Below, in pieces: positions 18,811 through 29,954 of a stretch of DNA of 64,000 nt. The stretch spans positions 29,277 to 93,276 of the forward strand of contig DASWZN010000025.1 of the NCBI GenBank assembly GCA_036404435.1. The letters run 5' to 3'. The DNA comes from Bryobacteraceae bacterium. Lineage in GTDB: Bacteria; Acidobacteriota; Terriglobia; Bryobacterales; Bryobacteraceae. The notes below the pieces were generated by a model, which had not been told where the DNA came from, did no database searches, and saw only the letters and a program-made list of their open reading frames with translations. The position numbers were made by a program, and so were the translations under genes. The number at the start of each line of letters is the position of its first letter. The stretch's first letter is position 1.

Positions 18811-18838
18811 CAGCCATCAGCCGTCAGCCGTCAGCCGT
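18811..18838. repeat. tandem heptanucleotide repeat (CAGCCAT)(CAGCCGT)x3
   Basis: Read directly in the 72-bp gap between the GT2 stop (18809) and the GT4 GTG start (18882). Confidence 0.9.
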
Positions 18839-18881
18839 ACGAGAAGCACCCGCCGCGCCGGTTCCGCTATCCTGAGACTCT

Positions 18882-19982
18882 GTGAGAATCGCCATCCTGG
18901 GCACCCGCGGCATCCCGGCCTGCTACGGCGGGTTTGAGACCTTCGCCGAGGAACTCTCGACGCGCCTGGCCGCCCGCGGCCATGACGTCGCCGTCTATAC
19001 GCGGCAGCACTACCCGGAGCCCTGCTACCGCGGCGTCCACTTGCGCTACCTTCCGACCATCCGCCACAAGTACTTCGACACGGTCGCGCACACCTTCCTT
19101 TCGACGCTGCATCTGTTGGGCCACCGCTCCGACGCCGCGCTCTACTGCAACGCGGCCAACGCGGTCTTCACGTGGCTGCCGCGCCTGGCGGGCGTTCCCG
19201 TGGCGCTGAACGTGGATGGTCTCGAGCGCAAACGGAAGAAGTGGAACTGGCTGGCTCGCTCCTGGTACCTCCTCTCCGAGCGCCTGGCCACGCTGTGCCC
19301 GAACGCGGTGGTCACCGACGCGGAGCAGATCGCCGAGTACTACCAGAAGCGCTACGGCAAGCGCACGCACTTCATTCCCTACGGGGCGGAGACCGGCAGG
19401 ACCGCCTGCTCGGGCGCGCTGGCGCGGCTGGGGCTCGAACCCGGCCGCTACTTCCTCTACGTGAGCCGCATGGAGCCGGAAAACAACGCGCTGCTGGTGC
19501 GGGAGGCCTTCGAGGGCCTCGAGACGGACATGAAACTAGCGCTGGTCGGCGACGCCCCCTACGCCGAGTCCTACATCGCCCGCGTGCGCGAGACGCGCGA
19601 CCCACGCATCGTAATGCCCGGCGCCATTTACGGAGACGGATACCACGAGCTGCAGTCCCACTCGTTCGCGTACATTCACGCCACCGAAGTCGGCGGGACG
19701 CACCCGGCGCTGATCGAGGCCATGGGCCGCGGCGCGCTGGTGCTCTACCTGAATACGCCCGAGAACGCCGAGGTCGCCTCGGGCGCCGGCATTCCTTTCG
19801 ACCACGAAAGCCTCGGCCGAAAGCTTCGAGAGGCGCTCGAAATGTCGGAGAATGAACGGGAGGCATGGCACGAGCGGGCGGCCGCGCGGGTAGCCGAGCG
19901 CTATAGTTGGGACGCGGTGACCGGCGCTTACGAGGACCTGCTGCGCTCGCTTGCCGGGCGGTCCCTTGGGGAGCAGAAATAA
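18882..19982 (+). CDS. GT4 (group 1, DUF1972-type N-terminus) glycosyltransferase
   Basis: 366 aa with a GTG start. MRIAILGTRGIPACYGGFETFAEELSTRL is typical of WchF/RgpA-like GT-B enzymes. The C-terminal region is GGTHPALIEAMGRG. Confidence 0.75.
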   Translation: MRIAILGTRGIPACYGGFETFAEELSTRLAARGHDVAVYTRQHYPEPCYRGVHLRYLPTIRHKYFDTVAHTFLSTLHLLGHRSDAALYCNAANAVFTWLPRLAGVPVALNVDGLERKRKKWNWLARSWYLLSERLATLCPNAVVTDAEQIAEYYQKRYGKRTHFIPYGAETGRTACSGALARLGLEPGRYFLYVSRMEPENNALLVREAFEGLETDMKLALVGDAPYAESYIARVRETRDPRIVMPGAIYGDGYHELQSHSFAYIHATEVGGTHPALIEAMGRGALVLYLNTPENAEVASGAGIPFDHESLGRKLREALEMSENEREAWHERAAARVAERYSWDAVTGAYEDLLRSLAGRSLGEQK

Positions 19983-20069
19983 ATGGAGCCGCCGATAAAC
20001 GCAGATCGAAAGGACACGCATTATCGGCGTTCATCTGCGCTCATCTGCGGCCCAAAGTGGCTTAAGTCT

Positions 20070-21200
20070 ATGGCTACAGCACCGTATCGTTCCTGGGTCG
20101 AGATCTCGCGGCGGCGGATCGCCGAGAACTATCGCGCGGTGCGCGCGGCGGTGGGGCCGGAGGTCGAGACGGTGTGCGTGGTCAAGGCGGACGCCTACGG
20201 CCACGGCGCCGTCGAAGTATCGCGCACACTGATGGCGGAGGGCGCCCGGTGGCTGGGGGTCAGCTCGGCCGAGGAAGGCGTGGCGCTGCGGGAGGCAGGC
20301 ATCGCGGCCCGCATTCTGGTGATGGCGGATTGCCAGCCCTTCGCCCGCGCCGCGGTCCTGGAATGCAACCTGACGCCGGTCATTCTGTCGCTCGATGACC
20401 TGCGCGCGATGGAGAGCTTCGCCGCCGGGCGCGGAGTCCGGATGGCGTACCACTTGAAAGTCGATACCGGGATGGGCCGGCTGGGGGCTTTGGCCGGAGC
20501 GCGGGAGATCGCCGCGGCGGTTCGCGCCGCCGGCCACCTGGATCTCGAAGGCCTGATGTCGCACCTGGCCTCCTCGGCCGACTACACCAAGGCGCAAACC
20601 GAACAGCAGAACCGCACCTTCGCCGATCTGGGCCGCGCTCTGGCCGAGGATGGCATCGCGCCCCCGTTCCGCCACCTCTCGAGCACCAACGCGATTGCCT
20701 ACGGCCGCCGCGACGCCTGGTACAACATGGTCCGGCCGGGGCACCTGCTCTACGGCTATTTCTCCCCGGCACGCGGGCCGGCGCCGGCGCGGCTGCTCGA
20801 CGTCAAACCGGCGCTCACCTGGAAAGCGAGCGTGCTGGCGGTCAAGGACGTCCCCGCAGGCGCGCTGATCGGCTACGGCGGGATGTTCCGCGCGCCGCAC
20901 CCGATGCGGATCGGCGTGCTGGCGGTGGGCTACGCCGACGGCCTCTCGCACCGGCTCTCGAACCGCGGCCACGCGATCGCGGCCGGGCGGCTGGTTCCCA
21001 TTCTGGGCGCGGTCTCGATGGACCTGACCACCATCGACCTGACCGGCTGCCCCTCGATCGGCCCCGGCGACGCCGTGACGCTACTGGGTTCCGAAGGCGA
21101 GGCGTCGATCGACGCGCAGCAGATGGCCCGCACGGCCGGCACCATCTCTTACGACATCCTGTGCGGCATCCGGACGCGGGTAACCAGAGTGTACGTGTAG
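20070..21200 (+). CDS. alr: alanine racemase
   Basis: In-frame ATG at 20070 (MATAPYRSWVEISRRRI). The PLP-lysine motif VVKADAYGHGA is present and the ORF is Alr-like over its full length. Confidence 0.9.
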   Translation: MATAPYRSWVEISRRRIAENYRAVRAAVGPEVETVCVVKADAYGHGAVEVSRTLMAEGARWLGVSSAEEGVALREAGIAARILVMADCQPFARAAVLECNLTPVILSLDDLRAMESFAAGRGVRMAYHLKVDTGMGRLGALAGAREIAAAVRAAGHLDLEGLMSHLASSADYTKAQTEQQNRTFADLGRALAEDGIAPPFRHLSSTNAIAYGRRDAWYNMVRPGHLLYGYFSPARGPAPARLLDVKPALTWKASVLAVKDVPAGALIGYGGMFRAPHPMRIGVLAVGYADGLSHRLSNRGHAIAAGRLVPILGAVSMDLTTIDLTGCPSIGPGDAVTLLGSEGEASIDAQQMARTAGTISYDILCGIRTRVTRVYV

Positions 21201-21242
21201 GCGCTGCGCTATACTTGCGGCATCTGCACAGGGGGGCACGTT

Positions 21243-22550
21243 TTGAAAACCTTTGGATTGCTTTGTCTCGCGACACTGGCGCCCACGCTGGCCGCGCCGG
21301 CGGACGACTTCCGCCCACAGGTGGAGCGGGAGCTGCCGTCGCTTCTGGCCATTTACCGGGATCTGCACGCGCATCCCGAGCTGTCGCAGCACGAGGAGCG
21401 CACGTCCGCGTTTCTGGCGGCCGAGCTGCGCCAAGCCGGCTACACGGTCACCGACCACATCGGCAAGTTCGCCGACGGCAGTGCGGCTTTCGGCATCGCC
21501 GCCATTCTGAAGAACGGCGCCGGTCCCACGGTCCTGGTCCGCACGGAGATGGACGCTCTGCCCATCGAGGAGAAGACCGGCCTGCCGTTCGCCAGCCAGA
21601 ACGCGGGCGTGATGCATGCCTGCGGCCACGACCTGCACATGACATCCTTCCTGGGCACGGCGCGGCTGCTCGCGAAGCTGAAAGACCGCTGGAGCGGCAC
21701 CCTGATGCTGATCGGGCAGCCGGCGGAAGAGACGGTCGGCGGCGCGCGCGCGATGCTGGCCGGCGACCTCTACGCGCGGCTCGGCAGGCCGGATTACGCC
21801 ATCGCCCTGCACGACGAGCCGTCTATCGAGGCCGGCAAGGTGGGGATTGTCGCCGGACCGCTGCTAGCCAGCTCCACGTCGGTCGACGTGATCATTCGCG
21901 GCCTGGGCGGGCATGGCGCACGGCCCGAGTTGACCAAGGACCCGGTCGTCATGGCGGCTCAGTTCATTCTGGCGATTCAGACCATCGTCAGCCGGCAGCT
22001 TTCGCCGCTGGAGCCGGCCGTGGTCACCGTCGGCTCGATCCACGGCGGCTCGAAGCACAACATCATCCCCGACCAGGTGGTTCTTCAGCTCACCACGCGC
22101 TCTTACAGCGACGATGTCCGCCGGACCATTCTGGCAGCCATCGAGCGAGAGGCACGCGGCGTGGCGCTGGCGGCCGGCGTGCCGGACGATCGCGCGCCCA
22201 TCGTGAAGGTGAGCGAGACGGAGACCACGCCGGTAACGTATAACGACCCCAAGCTGGCGGCTCGGCTGCGCGGCGCGTTCGTGGCGGCGCTGGGGGAGGG
22301 GAACGTGGTCGAGCCGAAGCGTCTGATGGTGAGCGAGGACTTCGGCCTGTTCGGCCTGGAAGGGCGCCAGATCCCGGCGTGCATGTTCCTGCTCGGCGCT
22401 TCGGACCCCGGCAAGCTGGCGGAGAGCCTGCGGACCGGGAAGCCCCTGCCGTCGCTGCACTCGAGTCTGTTCTACCCGCAGGCCGAGCCGGCGCTCCGCA
22501 CGGGTATTGTGGCGATGACGTCCGCCGTTATCGGGCTGATGCGGAAGTAG
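21243..22550 (+). CDS. secreted M20D-family amidohydrolase (aminoacylase/hippurate-hydrolase-like)
   Basis: 435 aa with a TTG start, a signal peptide (MKTFGLLCLATLAPTLAAPA) and a metal-binding MHACGHDLH motif. Confidence 0.75.
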   Translation: MKTFGLLCLATLAPTLAAPADDFRPQVERELPSLLAIYRDLHAHPELSQHEERTSAFLAAELRQAGYTVTDHIGKFADGSAAFGIAAILKNGAGPTVLVRTEMDALPIEEKTGLPFASQNAGVMHACGHDLHMTSFLGTARLLAKLKDRWSGTLMLIGQPAEETVGGARAMLAGDLYARLGRPDYAIALHDEPSIEAGKVGIVAGPLLASSTSVDVIIRGLGGHGARPELTKDPVVMAAQFILAIQTIVSRQLSPLEPAVVTVGSIHGGSKHNIIPDQVVLQLTTRSYSDDVRRTILAAIEREARGVALAAGVPDDRAPIVKVSETETTPVTYNDPKLAARLRGAFVAALGEGNVVEPKRLMVSEDFGLFGLEGRQIPACMFLLGASDPGKLAESLRTGKPLPSLHSSLFYPQAEPALRTGIVAMTSAVIGLMRK

Positions 22551-22557
22551 CGCCCGC

Positions 22558-26185
<3,628 letters not shown>

Positions 26186-26440
26186 GGCTCAGTTCTCCTA
26201 TCCTGCCGGTCCAAAGTTGCTGTTCTAAACCGACCCTCTACGATATCAAAAACAAGAACAGCAGTAGTAGGGGCTGTTGAAATGTCAGTTTCTCTCTAAA
26301 TTATACAAAACTTAAAGGCTTCCACGCTACTGAGCGGTGTCGAAAACAGTTGGATGATGGTTGTCGTCTGCCGACAGTATTCAGACGTCCACTGATTCCA
26401 AAGGCTGTTTTCAAGGGCTGCTGTGGAAATCGTCACAAGT

Positions 26441-27760
26441 TCAATTGATTGAGTCGATTAGACTCTGGACGAGCCTGTTTAAATCCAAATCCTTCTGACG
26501 CAACTCCTCAATTCGGTGGATGGAGTGCAGGACCGTGGTATGGTGCTTTCCTCCAAAGGCTCGTCCGATCTCAGGCAACGACGCCTGGGTCAGCTCTTTG
26601 GTGAGGTACATTGCGATCTGCCTGGGCCGTGCGACATCTCGTCGATTGCTCTTCAGCTTGATCTGGCTTGGAGGTACGTTGAACTTGGCAGCAACGGCTC
26701 GGATGATGGCCTCGATACTCACCCGGCGATCCGTATTTGGCACTAGGTGCTTTAGCGCTTGCTGTGCCATGGGCAGCGTGATCGGCTCGCCCGTAATGGA
26801 TGCATAGGCGATCAACTTCACCAGCGCACCTTCAAGCTCCCGGACGTTAGACTTCGTCTTCGTAGCGATGAAAACCCGAACATCTTCCGGAAGTTTCACT
26901 CCGTCTGCTTCAGCCTTCTTATCGAGGATGGCCATCTTCGTTTCGAGATCCGGCGGCTGGATGTCTACTAGGAGGCCCCACTCAAACCGCGATCGCAAGC
27001 GCTCCAGCAGGCCTGGAATCTCCTTAGGCGGCGAGTCGCTCGAGATCACAATTTGCTTCTGGTTCTCAAAGAGCTCATTGAAGGTGAAAAAGAACTCGTC
27101 CTGCGTGGCTTCCTTCTTGCCGAGCACCTGAACGTCGTCGATGAGCAAAACGTCCGCCGAGCGGTAGTGCTGATGAAACTGAGTCATCTTCTGTAGCTTG
27201 ATGCTTGTGATCATCTCGTTCATGAATCGTTCGCTCGATGTGTATACGATCCGCAAGCTCCCATAGTTGGTATGGAGACCTTGCCCGATTGCGTGCATGA
27301 GGTGCGTCTTGCCCATACCGACGCCGCCGTAGATGTACAGCGGGTTGTATCGTACAGCCGGTTTGTCCGCCACCGCCTTGGCAGCCGCATGGGCAAACTG
27401 GTTGCACGAGCCGACGACGAACGAATCGAATGTGAACCGCGGATTGAGTTGTACAGCCGATTTCTGGAACAGAACTTCCGGATCCGGCGGACCCCCAAGG
27501 CCCAGCATCCCGGCCGCCCCAAAAGTGGCGCTGGTCTCATAAACGACGTTTCGGACTGGAAGAGCCAGATCCTGGATCGCGGAATGAATCAGACCCGAAT
27601 ACTCCGATTCAATGTATTGTCTGGCAGACTCGCTTGAGACGGACACCCAAATCGTCCCATCCCGAAACTCCCTGAGGCCCGTTCTGCCAAACCAGTTCTG
27701 AAAAGCTTCAGCGCTGACCTTGGAAGCAATACGATTCTTAATCAGTTCCCATGCATCCAT
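26441..27760 (-). CDS. dnaA: chromosomal replication initiator DnaA
   Basis: 439 aa with AAA+ Walker A (YGGVGMGKTHLMHAIG), box VII, and the C-terminal DNA-binding helix (GGKHHTTVLHSIHRI). Confidence 0.97.
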   Translation of the reverse strand: MDAWELIKNRIASKVSAEAFQNWFGRTGLREFRDGTIWVSVSSESARQYIESEYSGLIHSAIQDLALPVRNVVYETSATFGAAGMLGLGGPPDPEVLFQKSAVQLNPRFTFDSFVVGSCNQFAHAAAKAVADKPAVRYNPLYIYGGVGMGKTHLMHAIGQGLHTNYGSLRIVYTSSERFMNEMITSIKLQKMTQFHQHYRSADVLLIDDVQVLGKKEATQDEFFFTFNELFENQKQIVISSDSPPKEIPGLLERLRSRFEWGLLVDIQPPDLETKMAILDKKAEADGVKLPEDVRVFIATKTKSNVRELEGALVKLIAYASITGEPITLPMAQQALKHLVPNTDRRVSIEAIIRAVAAKFNVPPSQIKLKSNRRDVARPRQIAMYLTKELTQASLPEIGRAFGGKHHTTVLHSIHRIEELRQKDLDLNRLVQSLIDSIN

Positions 27761-28157
27761 ACGTTACACCAGAAGCCCGAACGCCCCTTTTCCACAAGTT
27801 TTCCACAACTGTGGAAAACCCTAGCGACACCCATCCTATCCTGAGTGTTGTTTCCGCCGGCGAGGAGCAGCTGAGAACCTCAAAACGCCTGTTCTCACCA
27901 GATGTGTGACGGAACGCCACTATAGCACAGTTGGGGTGCTCTGTTGCAACAAGATTTCTGTTGCCTAAGCTATTGATTACAAATCTGATACGTTTGTCAT
28001 GCAAAACCATTTTTGCCCCGTCTTGTCACATCGCCCGTACCATAACCATTAGTGGTGGCCCCCACATCGGAGATTCAGACCGGTTCCGTACTGAGTACCC
28101 GCTGGCCCCCACCCGATTTGACACCAATCCCCTCGCGAGAGACAATGGTGACGACCA
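27761..28157. other. oriC: candidate oriC / dnaA control region
   Basis: A noncoding gap between dnaA and tRNA-Gly holding the DnaA-box cluster and a markedly AT-rich tract (about 27960-28015, ...ctattgattacaaatctgatacgtttgtcatgcaaaaccattttt...). Genes diverge from this point, minus strand to the left and plus strand to the right. Confidence 0.5.
27788..27818. promoter_or_regulatory. cluster of three DnaA boxes (TTTTCCACA x2, TGTGGAAAA)
   Basis: TTTTCCACA at 27788-27796 and 27799-27807, with the inverted copy TGTGGAAAA at 27810-27818, all within 60 bp upstream of the dnaA start. The sequence fits the TTWTNCACA DnaA-box family. Confidence 0.7.
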
Positions 28158-28233
28158 GCGGGAGTAACTCAGTTGGTAGAGTGCGACCTTGCCAAGGTCG
28201 ATGTCGCGGGTTCGAGTCCCGTCTCCCGCTCCA
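28158..28233 (+). tRNA. tRNA-Gly (anticodon GCC)
   Basis: GCGGGAGTAACTCAGTTGGTAGAGTGCGACCTTGCCAAGGTCGATGTCGCGGGTTCGAGTCCCGTCTCCCGCTCCA. Anticodon stem CGACC/GGTCG, loop TT-GCC-AA, GTTCGAGTC T-loop, encoded CCA. Confidence 0.92.
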
Positions 28234-28308
28234 GTCACGCGCTCTACGGCAGGCTCTGCCCCAACAACGGGGCAGGCTCTACGCCAATCCCACACCAGTC
28301 GACCACAT

Positions 28309-28467
28309 AAGACCTCCACTCGCGGAATGCAGGAGGCGGACATGCGGCCCATTGCCGGGTGGCTGGTGGACGTCCTGCGGCATCCGGACGACTCTTCCCG
28401 CCTGGCGCGCGTGTGCGGCGAGGTGAAGGCCCGCTCCGCCGCCTTCCCGATACCGGGAGCCGCGTGA
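28309..28467 (+). pseudogene. glyA: 3'-terminal remnant of serine hydroxymethyltransferase (glyA)
   Basis: The translation KTSTRGMQEADMRPIAGWLVDVLRHPDDSSRLARVCGEVKARSAAFPIPGAA* aligns by eye with the extreme C-terminus of SHMT (E. coli ...[49 protein letters not shown]). No SHMT body lies upstream; tRNA-Gly sits there instead. Confidence 0.65.
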
Positions 28468-28480
28468 GGTAGTCTGAGTC

Positions 28481-29218
28481 ATGCAGGTTTCCTCACACTG
28501 CTGGGCCGTTACGGGCCTGGCCTACTTGCCGCCGTGGGAGGTGAACGCCGGGTTCGTCGCCGGCGGGCATACGACGCTGGTGGTGGATACGGGAGCGAGC
28601 GCCATGGCGGCGGCGACGATTCATGGCTACGCCTCTACGGCGCGTCCCGGAAACCGCCTGCTCGTCATCGACACCGAGAGGCACTTCGACCACATCGGCG
28701 GCAACGCGTATTTCCGGGACCGTGGCGCCGATATCCTGGGCCACCCGGGTTGCACACGGACGGAAGAGGAATTCTGCGCCGAGATGGCGGAGTTCGACGC
28801 CGCGATCGCCGATCCGGCGCGACGGGTGCGCGGCGAGGCGGAGGTGTTCTACCGCGGCACGAGCCTGGCGGTACCCAACCGGTTCATCACCGAAGACACG
28901 ACGCTCGACCTGGGCGGCCTCGAAGCGCGGGTGCTGCTGACGCCGGGGCACACGCCGTCAAACCTGGCGGTCCATGTCCCGGCCGAGGGCGTGGTCTACA
29001 GCGGCGACTGCCTGGTCAACGGCTATGTGCCGAACCTCGCTTGCGGGGCCGGACGCGAGTGGCGGCAGTGGCTGGATTCGCTCGCGCGGATCGAGCAACT
29101 GGCTCCGGAGACGCTGGTTCCGGGGCACGGACCCGTGGCGCACGGGGCCGAGGTGCGGGAAACGATCGAGCGTGTCCGCGGAGTGCTTGGCGAGGCGCTG
29201 CGCGCGGGTGAAGAATGA
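28481..29218 (+). CDS. MBL-fold metallo-hydrolase
   Basis: 245 aa with a variant metal motif (VIDTERHFDHIGGN), a later LLTPGHTPSN and the distal ligand LVPGHGP. Confidence 0.7.
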   Translation: MQVSSHCWAVTGLAYLPPWEVNAGFVAGGHTTLVVDTGASAMAAATIHGYASTARPGNRLLVIDTERHFDHIGGNAYFRDRGADILGHPGCTRTEEEFCAEMAEFDAAIADPARRVRGEAEVFYRGTSLAVPNRFITEDTTLDLGGLEARVLLTPGHTPSNLAVHVPAEGVVYSGDCLVNGYVPNLACGAGREWRQWLDSLARIEQLAPETLVPGHGPVAHGAEVRETIERVRGVLGEALRAGEE

Positions 29219-29948
29219 ACCTCACGCTCAAGGTCATGGGATACGTCGAATCGGCCGCCAAGGAACAGACGGATGAGGGAGAGCTTGAGGCTCATCCAGG
29301 GCTCGCCCAACCCGGCTACACGCGCCGCGCGCCTGTCATGACTGGCGCGCATCCCCGGCGACAACGAGGCCGGAGGATCGCCGTAGTCGAACACGACGTG
29401 CGCGCCGTTCGGCAGGCTCGCAATGAAGCCGAGGGTCGAGAATACGGCTTCCTCGGTCAGATAGGCACGACTCCAAGCCAGGTGAAGAAGGTCCACGCAG
29501 ACGGATCGAAGCCGGCAGCCGCTAAGCCCTCGGCTAAAGTCTCACGCTCGAAACCGATGGAGCGAACGTCAGCGCCGCCGGCAGCGGGATGCCAGCCTCG
29601 GCGAGGCGCTGGCGCTTCCAGGCCTGCGGGGCTGGATGATCGACCTCGAAAACGCGCAAGCGATCCCGTAGTTTCCAGCCCCGCGCCGAGCACTACAAGT
29701 TGGGGGACGCCGCGCTCGACGGCGGCGGCTAGCGCATCCTCCGCGAAGCGCGTTCTCACCGCGATGAAGATCCGCATTCCACGTCCGGATGGGCGCCGCT
29801 CGGCCTCGCGAGCGACGGCATCGGCGTACTCGCCCAGGATGCGCAGGGCCAGCGGATCGGCGAAGATGCGGCCGTGCTCCAATACCTGAAGAGCGGCACG
29901 GTGGAAGGCTGCCGCGCGAGCCGTGCGGCTTGGCTCTCCGACTTGCAT
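29215..29948 (-). pseudogene. degraded SAM-dependent O-methyltransferase (TIGR00027/LCMT-like), several frameshifts plus internal deletion
   Basis: Family blocks are spread over three frames. They are MQVGEPSRTARAAAFHRA...LVVLGAGLE (track frame), then RVFEVDHPAPQAWKRQRLAEAGIPLPAALTFAP (frame found by my own translation), then IGFERETLAEGLAAAGFDPSAWTFFTWLGVVP, then YLTEEAVFSTLGFIASLPNGAHVVFDY...GEPW (ORF 29023-29496). The 3' boundary is approximate. Confidence 0.6.
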
Positions 29949-29954
29949 GCGCGT

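Noticed and set aside
18811-18838. Tandem repeats as a possible CRISPR array
   Set aside because: The units are 7 bp with no spacers, there are only 3-4 copies, and there are no cas genes. This is a microsatellite, not a CRISPR array.
9409-19982. Possibility that the glycan cluster is a tRNA-integrated genomic island
   Set aside because: The cluster abuts the 5' end of the tRNA-CAT gene, not its 3' end. I saw no integrase, no direct repeat of the tRNA 3' end, and cluster GC that looks like the rest of the window. Only the 540-bp spacer is compositionally odd.
19978-20000. GCCGATAA (sigma-28 -10-like) with an upstream TAAA near the alr leader
   Set aside because: The TAAA-to-GCCGATAA spacing is about 7 nt rather than about 15. 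The GCCGATAA is better explained as one arm of the 9-bp inverted repeat CGCCGATAA/TTATCGGCG.
28026-28482. Several 60-125-aa ORFs on both strands across tRNA-Gly
   Set aside because: They overlap a clear tRNA gene. Only the last roughly 52 codons of ORF 28189-28467 carry real (SHMT-like) protein signal, and those are reported separately as a remnant.
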